From positions 12,834,001-12,898,000 of the forward strand of contig NC_086109.1 of assembly GCF_963921235.1 (NCBI RefSeq): DNA of 64,000 nucleotides, written 5' to 3'. Under the pieces are notes generated by a model. The model was not told the DNA's origin. It saw only the letters and a program-made list of their open reading frames with translations, and did no database searches. A program made the translations under genes and the position numbers. Of this stretch, positions 1 through 11,800 are shown in pieces (the stretch's first letter is position 1; each line of letters opens with the position of its first letter). Origin of the DNA: Mobula hypostoma (taxonomy: Eukaryota).

Positions 1-390
1 TTTGATTTCTGATTCTAAACATGATTTTCTAATGTAATGGGGGCCCTTTCTGAGTTATTTTCATAATCTCTGAACTGCTATTAAAGTATTGATCTGAGCC
101 ATTATTATTATAATATTATATGGTAAGGTCTTTTTTTTACCAACCAGTTCATTTTGGTAGTGGGGATAGATTTTTTTAATGAAATAAAATAAAACAATTT
201 TATTGAATTTCATAATTCAATCTCTTTTTCTACATGATTGCTTTGGAATATGGATACTGTGATCATATTACTGTGATTTAAATGTAATGTAATTTGTGTT
301 ACTTAATTGTATCCTTATGAATTTTGTATTTGTATTCATGCAATTTAAATAATATTAATAAAAATATTGAAAGGTTCAAAAAAAAATCCC
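1..390 (+). mobile_element. 3' end of an L1-clade LINE (ORF2 terminus, 3' UTR, A-rich tail)
   Basis: Bases ~38-75 read ...WGPFLSYFHNL*, matching the ORF2 end of the L1 at 23647-23994 (WGPFLNYFQNL*). They are followed by an AT-rich UTR and an AATAAAAATATTGAAAGG...A9 tail like 24250-24280. Confidence 0.65.
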
Positions 391-479
391 CTGCACTGGT
401 GAAAACATACAGGGGGTGGGGTTGGGAACTATTCCACGCACATCCAAAATAACACTCAATATACCCTCAGCAGGAGTAC

Positions 480-910
480 TTGATAAAGTGGCCACTGACT
501 TTATGTTCGTCGTCTTCAAATGCTGCAGCCCATCCACTTCAATGTTGAATGTATTATGCATTCAGAGATGTTCTTCTGCACACCACTGTTGTAACGCATG
601 CTTATTTGAGATACTGTCACCTTACTGTCAACCTGAACCAGTCTGACCATTCTCCTCTAACCTCTCTCGATAACAAGGCGTTTTCACCCACAGAGCCGCC
701 ACTCCAAGATGTTTTTTTCATTTGTTTTTTGCATATATCTCTGTAACTTTAGAAACTGTAATGTGTGCTAAGCCCAGGAGATCACCTGTTTCTGAGATAC
801 TCAAACTACCCTATCTGGCAACTAAAATCATTCTGCAGCCAAAGTCATTTACATTACATTTCTTGCCAATTCTGATATTTGTTCAGAACAACAACTGAAC
901 CTTTTGATCA
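480..910. mobile_element. Tc1/mariner-type MITE relic
   Basis: Contains the TIR end ATAAAGTGGCCACTGA (484-499) and the internal CTTCTGCACACCACTGTTGTAACGCATG segment, also present in the TIR-bounded copy at 31952-33662. Confidence 0.55.
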
Positions 911-1669
911 TGTCTTTTCTTTTCCTCAGTTAACTTTTTGCCATGAACCCTTTCCTCGATGACTTATCACAGCTGACATTTTAACTCAGGCAAGAAAAAA
1001 AGCTTCTGGAGGAACTTAGGGAGTCAGACAGCATCTGCAGATGCAGAGTGGTCAACATTTTGGATTAAGCCCCTGCTTCATGACACCTCCAGCAATTTAT
1101 TTTTGTGCCAGATTATAATATCTGCTGTTGCTAGTGCCTCACAATTTGATTTTTCTCATCATTTTTATCAGTCATTGGGAATTATCTTTTATTTTAGTAA
1201 ATATAATTATGAGCTTTTGATAATCTGGGTTGTTTTCTCAACCAACCTACTTTTTACATCCTCCTGGGTGACTGCCTCCTTCCCTTTCTCCAATGGTCCA
1301 CTTTCCTCTCCCATGAGATTCCTTTCTATCCAGCCCTATACCTTACCCACCCACTTGGCTTTACTGATCACCTCCCAGCTAGCTTGCATCCCCTTAACCC
1401 ACCTTTTTATTCTAGTGTCTTCCCCCTTCCTTTTCAGTCCTGATAAATGGTCTCGATCCGAAACATCGACTGCATGTTCATTTACATAGATGCTGCCTGA
1501 CCTGCTGAGTTCCTCCAGAACTTTCTGCGTGTTGCTTTTCATATGATCACACGTCAGCCTAAACTGGCTCACTGTGGTTTCTGATCGGACTTCCTGCCCT
1601 CTTCTTCCTTATTTTCATTTGACAGTAATTTCTCTCTGTGAAGTGCTGACAGGCCTCGTGAATAAATCA
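910..1669 (+). promoter_or_regulatory. Upstream/promoter block of receptor unit 1 (paralogous to 8410-8847 and 62530-63160)
   Basis: Alignable by eye to the two other blocks. The proximal part carries TGTGGTT (RUNX consensus, 1573-1579), ACTTCCTG (ETS/PU.1 core, 1589-1596) and CTTCCTT (1604-1610) just upstream of a leader ATG. Confidence 0.65.
1435..1472 (+). ncRNA. Degenerate minimal type-I hammerhead ribozyme motif from a Penelope-like element terminal repeat
   Basis: CAGTC-CTGATAA-ATGGTCTCGATCC-GAAA-CATC-GACTG. Stem I (CAGTC/GACTG) is intact, but the CUGANGA core has G8 changed to A. Confidence 0.6.
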
Positions 1670-1706
1670 ATGTGGAGTTCAATTCTTCTAATTACTTTCC
1701 TACCTG
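1670..1706 (+). CDS. Signal-peptide (leader) exon of receptor unit 1, MWSSILLITFLP+G, with no Ig exon of its own
   Basis: ATG at 1670 and phase-1 donor GTGAGT at 1707. It is clearly paralogous to the leader at 8848-8887, including the downstream intron sequence. No V exon was found between 1707 and 8400. Confidence 0.8.
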
Positions 1707-1989
1707 GTGAGTGACAACCAGCATTGGACATTTTTATGATCAGTGTTCATTTGCAGGGTCTTACATCGTATCCAGAACAGTGCTTGAATATGTGTAGACA
1801 CTAAATATGTCAGAATCTGGAGTTCCGAGAAAGCTGGAGGAACTCAGCAGGCCAAGCAGCGTCTGTCAGGGGGAAGGTAATTGTCGACGGTTTGGCTTGA
1901 GACCCTGCATTGAATCTGAGTGGAAAGGGAAGATGGTGTAAATAGGAGGGAGGATATTGTGAAATAGGATTAATTACCTGGATAACACC

Positions 1990-2385
1990 CCAGAGTTCTG
2001 ATTGAGGAAACTGAAGAGATTATGGAGGCATGAGTAATGATTTTGTAAGTTTGGTTCCAGAGGACTGAAAAATAACAAATGTCACTCATCTCTTTAAGAA
2101 GGGAGGGAGACAAGGGCAGGAAATTATAGGCCAGGCAGCCTGATTGCAGTGGGTTGGTAAGATGTTAGAATCTATAATTAATGATGAGGTTTCAGAGTAC
2201 TTGGAGGCATATGATAAAATAGGCCTAAGTCAACAGGATTTCCTTAAGGAGAAATCTACCCGATCAAATCTGTTGGAATTCCTTTCAGGATTTAACAGGC
2301 TGGATAGAGAAAGGAGACTTTTTCTGTCAGTGGAAGTTGTTTACTTGGATTTTCAGAAGGCCTTTGACAAACTGCTGCATTAGTC
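1990..2385 (+). mobile_element. CR1 LINE reverse-transcriptase fragment
   Basis: ORF 2144-2383 ends in ...VYLDFQKAFDKLLH, a CR1 RT motif. Confidence 0.75.
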
Positions 2386-3924
2386 AAAGTCAAAGTAAAT
2401 TTATTATAAAATTCATTCATGTCACCACATACTACCATGATGTTTTTAGAGTGACAATGTACTTAACAGTGTACAGGGCACATCAATGATGGACTAGCCT
2501 GTATCCACTGCCTTTTGTAGGTTTCTCCATTCAAGGCCATTCCTGTTTTCATACCATGCCATGATGCAACCAGTAAGAATACTCTCCACTGTGGATCTAT
2601 AGAACTTCATCAAAGTTTTAGATGAGATTTTTATCTTTGCAAACTTTTAAGTAAATAACGTGCTGCTGTACTTTCTTTGTAATGACAGTTACAAGCTGGA
2701 CCCAGGACAGATCCTCTATAATGATAACGCCGAGGAATTTAAATTTACTGACCCTTCCCACATCCTTAGCACCCTGCTGAGGGCTGGCTCATAGACCTCT
2801 GGATAGCTCCTAACGCAGTGTTTGATTTTGCTAATGTTGAGTGAGAGATAGTTGTTATGACACCATTCAGCCAGATTTGCAATCTCATTCCAAAATGCTG
2901 ATTGAACACACACGAGTGCTGCAGGAACTCAGGTGATCAGGCAGCATTTACAGAAAGGAATAAGCAACTGATGCATTTTGCCAAGTCCCTTCAATGAACC
3001 CAGTTTCAGGTCAGGGACCCCTCCTCAGATCTGGATAAAAAGAGGATGACTGTCAGTTTTGAAAGCTGATCTCGTCAGAGCAATGACGTGTAAGATAAAA
3101 GACGATACAGTTCATTCCCAGGTTATGAACTCCTGATTTATGGACACTTGTACATCTGAAGAAGCCGCTGTAATGTTACTTAATTGAATAGTCCAAAGTA
3201 TGTACATATGTTTACACGTGACACAAAGATTGTCGGTGTGCTGGATTGTAGAGAAGGTTATTGTAAGTTACAAGAGGACATAGAAAGGTTAAAGTGCTGG
3301 GGGGGCGAAATGGTAGATGGAGTTTAACTCTAACAAATGTGAAGTGATATACATCGGGTGATCAAAATTGAAGGCAGATTACAAGGTTGATGCAGAATTC
3401 TAAACAATGTGGAGGTCCAGAGTGATATTGGGTTCCAAGTCTGTAAATTCCACAAAGTTGTTGCACAATTTGAAAGGGTGTTAAAAAGGTGTAAGATGTG
3501 CTGGACTTCAGTAGATTAGGGAACTGAGTTCAAGAACCACAAGGTAATGCTACAGCTCGATAAAATTCTGGTTAGATCATTGTATTGTGGAGAATAAAGC
3601 ACAGCTTGAGTGGACTGCCAGCTCCCCTTTCTCATGGTGACAATTAACTATACCAGAGGACATCCATTTTAGGTGAGCGGAGGAAAGTTTCAGGGAGATA
3701 TAAGAGGTCAGGTTTTTTTTTGACACAGAGAGTGGTGGGTCCCTGGAATACACTGCAGACATGGAGGGAGAGGCAGATACAACAGAGACATTCAGAGACT
3801 CGTAGGCACATACAGTACATGTACAGAGCCTATAAAAAGTATTCTCCTCCCTTGGAAGTTTTCATGTTTTATAACATTGACTAACAGTGGATTTAATTTG
3901 GCTTTTTGACACTGATCAATAGAC

Positions 3925-4560
3925 CATAAGATTTAGAGGCGGAAGTAGGACTTTCTGCTCTGCCATTCAATCATGGGCTGATCCAGTTCTTCCAGTCATC
4001 CCCACTCCCCTGCCTTCACCCCATAAACTTTGATGCCCAGGCTAATCAAGAATCTATCTATCTCTGCCTTAAATACATCCAATGCCGTGGCCTCCACAGC
4101 CACTCGTGGCAACAACTTCCACAGATTTACCACCCTCTGACTAAAGTAATTTCTCCACATCTCAGTTCTAAAAGGACGTCCTTCTATCCTAAAATCGTGT
4201 CCTCTTGTCCTAGAATCCCCTACATGTGAAGTAACTTATCCATATCTAATCTGTTCAGGCCTTCAAATATTCAGAATGTTTTTATGAAATCCCCATCCTC
4301 TCCACATACACTCCAACCCAGTTCTAGGCCCTTCACTCTTCAAGAGGTTTCATTGAGAACCCCCACCCCACCAACCCCATTCTTTAAAACTCCAGCAAAT
4401 ACAGACCCAGAGCCATCAAACACTCCTCATACATTAACCCTTTCATTCCTCAGATTGTTCTCAGGAACCTCCACTTGACCCTCTCCAACTACAGCACATC
4501 CTTTCAAAGATAAGTGGGTTAGAACTGTTCACCATTTTCCGCATGTAGTCTGACCAATAC
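3925..4560 (-). mobile_element. CR1 LINE 3' end (antisense)
   Basis: Starts with the ACCATAAGA tail-like repeat and matches the antisense CR1 3' ends at 7975-8390 and 63158-64000. Confidence 0.65.
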
Positions 4561-5269
4561 CTCATAGAGCTGCACTTTCTGTATGATTTCTCAACAACAA
4601 AACAGAAAACGTTTTACAATCCCACCGTTCTATTTACAGGTAAGCACAGGATTGGGATCAGGTTGAAACAGAATGGTTAAATGATCTTGTCACATTTCTT
4701 CACCAAATTGTTATTGTTATTCAGTAATGTAGTTGCTGAAACAGAAATGCTTTGCTGAAGATGCTTTGTATCTCAGTACTTGTTCTCATCAGCATATTGA
4801 CCCATGGTTGTTGAGAAGTTTTCCAAGAAGTGATGGTGCAATGCAGAAAGAGACCAGAGCAAGAGGTCAATGTGTAGCATCTGTTGTTACTTCTCTATAT
4901 TCTGTTTGGTAAGACAATTAAAGAAAACAGAAGTTCTGACCACATCCTTCACTGAGGGTGAACATTAGACTGATGACAGCAGTGACTGATGCAACAGAGT
5001 CAGCACTCATACTCTACAATGTACAGAATTTAAGCAGATATACATTCACTGCTAATATACTGCACTGTTTTCCCCTAAAACAAATGTAACAAACCCAAAA
5101 TTACAAAAGATCTCCATCTATACTGAATTATTTTATCATTTATCTCTTTATATACAATGTGAAATTAACTGTTAATAAACAATTGCAAAGTCAACAACAA
5201 AAATTCAGGAAAATATAAATCAGCCACATTCTTGCATCACCTCAACCCTCACACTACAATGAAATCAAA

Positions 5270-5690
5270 AGCAACACACACAAAATACTGGAGGAGCTCA
5301 GCAGATCAGTCAGTATCTATGGAAATGAATAGATATTTGACATTTCAGGTCGAGGCCATTCTTCTCCTCTTCTCACCTGTCTTTTACTTCCCCCTGGGTC
5401 CCCTTTTCTTCCCATTTCTCCTTTGGTTCAGTCTGCTCTCCTGTCAGATTATTCTTTACAGCCTTTACCACCATTTCCATCCACCTGGCTTCACCGATCA
5501 CCTTCCAGACAGCCTTCCTCCTCTCCCCCATCTTTTTATTCAGACAGCTTCCAACTTCCTTCTAAGACCTGAAGAAGAATCTCAGCCTGAAACATCGAAA
5601 TCTATTCATTTCCACAGATGCTGCCTGACCTGCTGAGTTCTCTCCAGCATTTTCTGTGTGTTGGTTTTGATTTCTAGTATCTGCAGATTT
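5270..5690. mobile_element. Penelope-like element-derived inverted-repeat unit
   Basis: AACACACAAAATACTGGAGGAGCTCAGCAG at the left end, with its reverse complement CTGCTGAGTTCTCTCCAGCATTTTCTGTGTGTT at the right end. A hammerhead-like core CTGAAGA...GAAACATC lies at 5569-5596. Confidence 0.65.
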
Positions 5691-6477
5691 TCCAGTGTTT
5701 ACAACGAAGTTAAAGTTAAACAATTAACATTGTTCAATTAAAATTCAGGATGGCGCCGGTAAGTGTCGACTCTGTGTAGAGCTCCAATGGTAATCATCGA
5801 ATATTCCCGTTTAGGACTGCTGTAGTTAATTTCACGACATACAGTATGTCGGTGATATTAAAACAGATTCGTATTCTGATTCTGTATTAATTCTCCAATA
5901 TGTGTGACATGTGAGAATTGTTATTCCTTGTACTGATACTCTCCTCAGACTTCATCTGCCCCAGGGAATCGCACAGCATAAATCTGGATAGATCACACTT
6001 CGACTAACACATAGAAAGATCTAACCTGGTGAACAGAGATACTGTGATGCTAGAGACTGAGAATCTCAGCAAAGGTATGCAGGGTTAGGAGAAAGGGAGA
6101 CCATGGAGCTGAGCTGGGTAAAATAGGAATGTCTTCTCCTTGGACAAGTGTGACCTGCCCATTTACTGTGCCCTCTGATTCTATGAGAAATAGAAACAAC
6201 AGGGGTCATCTACTTAACACAGACAATTTCCTGTCAAAATGGAGTTGATTTAGTTTAAGAACAGACCTGACATGGATGTTACTCCATTGTGACTGTGTAA
6301 ATTCCATTCACTTGGTTCCTCCTCACATTTAACCATAGCAAACTGAAATTCCATCAGAGTTCATGAAATTGCATCAACAGATGGAAAAGAATTCAGAAGA
6401 GGTGAGCTATAAAGTTTCCTTCAAAGAGGAGACACAGCTTTCAGAGGGGAGGAAATGAACTGGAGCACTGTATGCTG

Positions 6478-7258
6478 TGTGACGACAAACCAAGTTATCA
6501 GAAGATTGATGCTGATGAGAGAGATAAGGGAGATAATGGAGAAACATTCAAAATGTTAATAAGAGAGAAGGGAGAGATTAACGAGAAAGAAACACATTTC
6601 AGAGTATTGACAGACCGGTTGCTTTGAACCTGAACTGTTTGAAGTTTGATGGACAGGCGATACCCCAGCAGGGGGATAAAAGGAACAGGTTCGCTAAGGC
6701 ACGACACACACCACGAGACCACGAGATAACGAGACCCTGGAAGACCATAGACGCACAGGGTCAAAGGGTACGATCGGCGGGAACCTGGTGTGTGTGTCCG
6801 CCCTTGCCTGGGTGCCGGCTTCACCGCGGAAGAACGGTCGTATCCGGAGCGGACGGGTCACAGTCGGTGACCACAGAAGACATAACAAAGGGTCCGCCCG
6901 AAAGCCAACTGCGAAGAACATCAAAGGTCTGCTGAATCAGATTTGCATATCTCTATCTCTCTCTCTCTCTCCAACGGCACAACAGTGATTACTGCGAACA
7001 GTGCTGAGCTGAACTTTGCGTCACTTGAGACTGATCATTTTACCCCTGGACTGCGATAGAGCTTGGTTGATTCCTATTACCCTAGTTCTGTGTACATGTG
7101 TGTTATATCATCGCTAACCCATTGCATTTATATCCTTACGATTAGAGTACTGTGTTACTTATTTCTTTAATAAAACTTTATTAGTTTCTGTTAAACCAGA
7201 CTCCAACTAAGTGGTCCATTTCTGCTGGTTTGGCAACCCAGTTACGGGGTACGTAACA
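6478..7258 (+). mobile_element. Solo LTR (Gypsy-like), 781 bp
   Basis: TGTGACG...CGTAACA termini, AATAAA at 7169-7174, and flanking 4-mers GCTG/CCTG (degenerate TSD). No internal coding region. Confidence 0.75.
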
Positions 7259-8409
7259 CCTGAGTTTGCATGAAAAGCCCCTTCCACATCACACCTATTT
7301 CCATATTTGTCAGTCCTAAGCAGCAAGTTCCGCAAAACACATTTGATTGAATTATCAGAATCAGAATGAGAATCATGTTTATTATTACTGGCATGTGTCG
7401 TGAAATTTGTTAACTTAGGAGTCGCAGTTCAATTGAACACATAATATGGAAGGGAAATAATAATTATGAATAAATAAATTGCACTATATGTATATTGAAT
7501 AGATTAAACATCATGCAAAAACAGAAATAATATATATTTAACAAGTGAGGTAGTGTTCAAGGGTTCAATGTCCATTTACAAATCGGATGACAGAGGGGAA
7601 GATGCTGTTCCTGAATCGCTGAGTGTGTGCCTTCAGGCTTCTGTATCTCCTAACTGATGGTAACATTGAGAAAAGGGTTTGCCCTGAGTGCTGGGGGCAC
7701 CAAGGCAAGATCCAGAATGATGTACAAATCTTGGAGTGTAAGTCCATAACTCCCTGAAATTTGGAACAGAGGGAGATGGTAAAGTAGCTGATAAAAAGAG
7801 CTTATGGCAATAGGCCAGCATTGTGCATGTGAGAATTCATGTTGCAAATTATAAAAATAAGGTTAAGGCACACTTTAGGTTGGTGTGTAGTTGTGTTTGC
7901 AGCATAGCAAGAAGGATGTGGAAACATTGGAGGGATTGCACAAGAGGTTCACTAGATTTTGCCTGTAATATCAGACCATAAGACCAAAAGATATAGGAGA
8001 AGAATTAGGCCATTCTTCCCTTTGACTCTATTCCACCATTCCGTCATGTCTGATTTATTTTCTCTCTCAAACTTATTCTCCTGCTTCTCCCCTTAATCTT
8101 TAATAACCATAATATTCAAGAATTTAACAATCTCCAGTGAATTGGCCTCCACAGCCATCTGTGGCAGTGAATTTGACAGATTCACCATCCTCCAGCTGAA
8201 GCGATTTTCCCTCATCTCTGTTCTAAAGGAGTGTGCTTGTACTCAGAGGCACTGCCCTCCGATCCTAGAACTCCCCATCACAGGGAACATCCTCTCCACA
8301 TCCACTCTCCCTTGTCCTTCCAATATTCAATAGGTTTGAATACGACTTCTCATTCTTCTAATCTCCAGTGAGTATAGGCCCACAGCCATCAAACTTTCTC
8401 CTCACACTC

Positions 8410-8847
8410 ACAACACTCAACATGGGCTCTTTCTCCTTCCATCATTAACTTTTCACCATGAACCTTTCCCTATTGACGCACCACGGCTAACGTTATAAAT
8501 CAAGCAAAAAATAAATTGAACTTCAGGAGTCAGGTTGTCAACATTTCAGATTAATCCTCTGCTTCAGGACACCTCCAGCCGTTTATTTTGACTTCAGATT
8601 AGAACATTTACTATTGCTTGTGTCTAATATTTTAACATGTCTCAGCACTTCATTCAGTCTTTGAGAATTGTTTACATCTTCCTGTCCTGCTAAATATAAC
8701 TAAAAGCTTTTCAGATTGTCACGTACAACACACCAATTGTGTTACTGTAGTTTTTTTGAGCAAACTTCCTGCTGCCTTCTTCCTTATTTTATTTCAGTCA
8801 TCTCTCTCTGAGGACAGACAGGTCCTGGCTGTGTCTCTGTGATTAAA
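8410..8847 (+). promoter_or_regulatory. Upstream/promoter block of receptor unit 2
   Basis: Paralogous to 910-1669. ETS cores ACTTCCTG (8764-8771) and CTTCCTT (8779-8785) are conserved. The RUNX-equivalent position reads TGTAGTT (8746-8752). Confidence 0.65.
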
Positions 8848-8887
8848 ATGATGTGGACATTGATTCTTCTGATTGGTTTCCTACCTG
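8848..8887 (+). CDS. Exon 1, signal peptide MMWTLILLIGFLP
   Basis: Hydrophobic leader with phase-1 donor GTGAGT at 8888. It joins the V exon as ...FLPVSGALWA. Confidence 0.9.
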
Positions 8888-11800
8888 GTGAGTTACAGAT
8901 AGCACTGGACAACTGCATAATCAGTGTTGGATTGGGGGTCATACAACGTTTCCACAACAATACTTGAACACCTGTAGACACTAAAGATGTCGGAAGCTGG
9001 AGTTCAGACTTCACTCCTGGAGAAACTCAATGGGTCAAGCAGCATCTATCAGGGGGAGGGGAAAAGTCAATGGTTTGGGTCGAGACCCTGCATCACGTGT
9101 GACTGGAGAGGGAGAGGGTGTAAATAGGAGAGAGGGAGGCATGAAACTGGGTCCTCAAGTTAGTCGGGGCTGAGGAGAGGTGAAGCACAACAGGCAAATG
9201 GAATGGGGTGGAAAAGGGATGGTGTTTGGAGGTGGGTGAGAGTGGACGCAGATAAGGAGAAAAGAGGAATAGTGTAGAGCCAGGTGTGGGGAGAATATGT
9301 CCAGCTGGAGAAATATCCTGGAACCTGTTAAACGAGAACGTCAGGTCTACCATTGGTGGAATCTGATCTCAATCTGCAGAGATCACTATGACGATCGACA
9401 TTATGCTCCTGAAATCAGAATTCTTCCTGGGCGACTTCAGTGGTTCAGTTGGCAGAGAAAGTTACCTGATCAGGAGTCTAAGGTAAAGCAGGGTGGTATG
9501 AATGAGAGATTTCTCTCCCTTTATGCCTTTCCAATCCACATGGGATTTTGACACTCTGGCAGTTCATCATTATTATTATTGATACTTGTTTTTTAAATTC
9601 CAGAAATAATAAATTGGATTTTAGCACTCAAAGTATCCCAACAGTTATTGAAATCACACCTGGATTTCTAAACACTAAAGTACTAATGACCACTGTTGCA
9701 CCACTTTCTAACTACACATAGAAATACTTGATAGGTACAATATTTACAACTTGCTTCAGAACCAGAGGGCACAGTTTCAGACATTGTGTGGGGTCTCTTT
9801 CTGCAGTTTATAAACTTGTCTGAATACAAAACCACACACACACACACACAATTGGGAGCATCTTAGATGAAATAGCTGAGACCTTTGTGGACATTTCAAA
9901 GGCCGACATAATCTGTGTAATTGAAAGTTCAACACTGCCACTCTCCCTCTGTACTGCACTGGAAGATCAGCCCTGGGTTTCTGCTCAGGACTCTGGAGTG
10001 GGAATTGAACCCACAAAGTACTGACACAGGGGAGAGAGCACTGACACAGCTGACACAGTAACAGCACTGACTGCACCTCAGACCAAAATCATTGGCTGTG
10101 GTGTCATGGACCACATGCTGTACATGATCTGCACCTGTTTTCACCATCATGTTCAAAAATAATTTTTGCATTAATTTGTTCCTTTCCCTCAATTCTGAAA
10201 ATGCCTCCCTCAGTTTCAGGTGCATTGTGGGCAAAGAAATATGTCAAGGGAGCTGTGGGAAGAGCGATCACAATCGATTGTCACTATCAAGAAATGTACC
10301 ACTCACACACAAAGTATTGGTGCAATGGATATACTGGCCTCTGTTCAGTTTTAGTGAAAACAAATGGGCAACACAGACGGAGTGGACGAGTGTCAATCAC
10401 AGATAACCCGGAACAGAGAAAATTTACAGTTACAATTGAGAATCTTCGCTCTGGAGATACAGGATGGTACAGCTGTGGCATTGAAACACCAGGAGTCGAT
10501 GCAAGATTTAATTTACATCTAAAAGTAAATGATGGTAGGTTTCTCAGTGATTGATTTGTGCCTTCCATAAAATAAATGTCTCATGATCTTTATCCAGACC
10601 CTATCAATCCCTCATTATCTCTGCATTAATATCAGTGCCAAATGTTTCCCACCATACGGCAGGTCACTGAACCCAGTTACAATTTCATTCTCTCCTGAAA
10701 GCCACCAAACATGTGACAGATATCTCCCAAGTTGCTGCCTTTAAACCTCCTGTACATAATAGAGTGGCCACTGAGTGTATGTTCATGGTCTTTTGCTTCT
10801 GTGGCCCATTCACTTCGAGCTTTGATGTGTTGTACTTTCAGATGCTCTTCAGCACACCGCTGTCATAACCCACGGTTATTTGAATTCCTGTCAACTTCCT
10901 CTCAGCATGAACCTGTCTGGCCATTCTCCTCTAACCTCTCTCATTAACAAGGCACTTTTGTTCACAGAATTACTGCTCTCTGGATGTTTTTTCATGCTGT
11001 TCGTACCATTCTCAGTAAACTCTAGAGACAGTTGTGTGTGAAAATCCCAGGAGGTTAGTAGTGCCTTAGATATTTACTACCCCGTCTGGCACCAGCAATA
11101 ATTGCATGGTCAAAGGCACTTAGATCACATTACTTCGGCATTCTGATGTTTGGCCTGAACATTGACTGAAACTCTTGAATATTTCTGCATGCTTTGATGA
11201 GTTGAGTTGCTGATGGTCTGATTGACTAATTAGATATTTGCATTAGTGATCAGGTTAATATTTGTACCTAATAAAGTGGCAGAAGAGTGTATGATATTTA
11301 GATGTTCATTCAGTGTCCGAATGTTTAATTCTTTCCCACAGAACTCGTGTCTGTTCCTGTGCTTCGATATCTGTCACCAGCAAATGTCTCACGCCTCGGG
11401 GGCTCTGTGTCACTTTCCTGTGAGTCTCTCCAGGGATCCCTTCCCATTCAGTACCGATGGTATGAACAAACCTCATCTGAGCAGCTGAAGATCTCAGATA
11501 CCAATAAACTGACTCTACATTGTCAATCCTTCAACCAGCAGCGCTATCAATATTACTGCAGTGCGTCAAATTGGCTTGGAGCAAGGTCCAGTGGAATGGT
11601 TAATGTGACAGTCTCCAACAACGGAGAGATCTGCAGTTACGTGACAGAAATCAATGGCATCAGTAAGTTGTAATTTCAAGGGAGGATACATTTAAATATT
11701 TCTTTTTATTACTCTGTTACTGCTGCTCTTATGCTTCTAGTGAGGGTAAGGAATTTCTTTGCATTTGTAGAAGCTACACATTGCAGCCACCAAGGGGTAG

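Noticed and set aside
5949-6072. AG...GTATGC-bounded segment as a candidate exon of unit 1
   Set aside because: Stop codons in all three frames and no recognisable homology.
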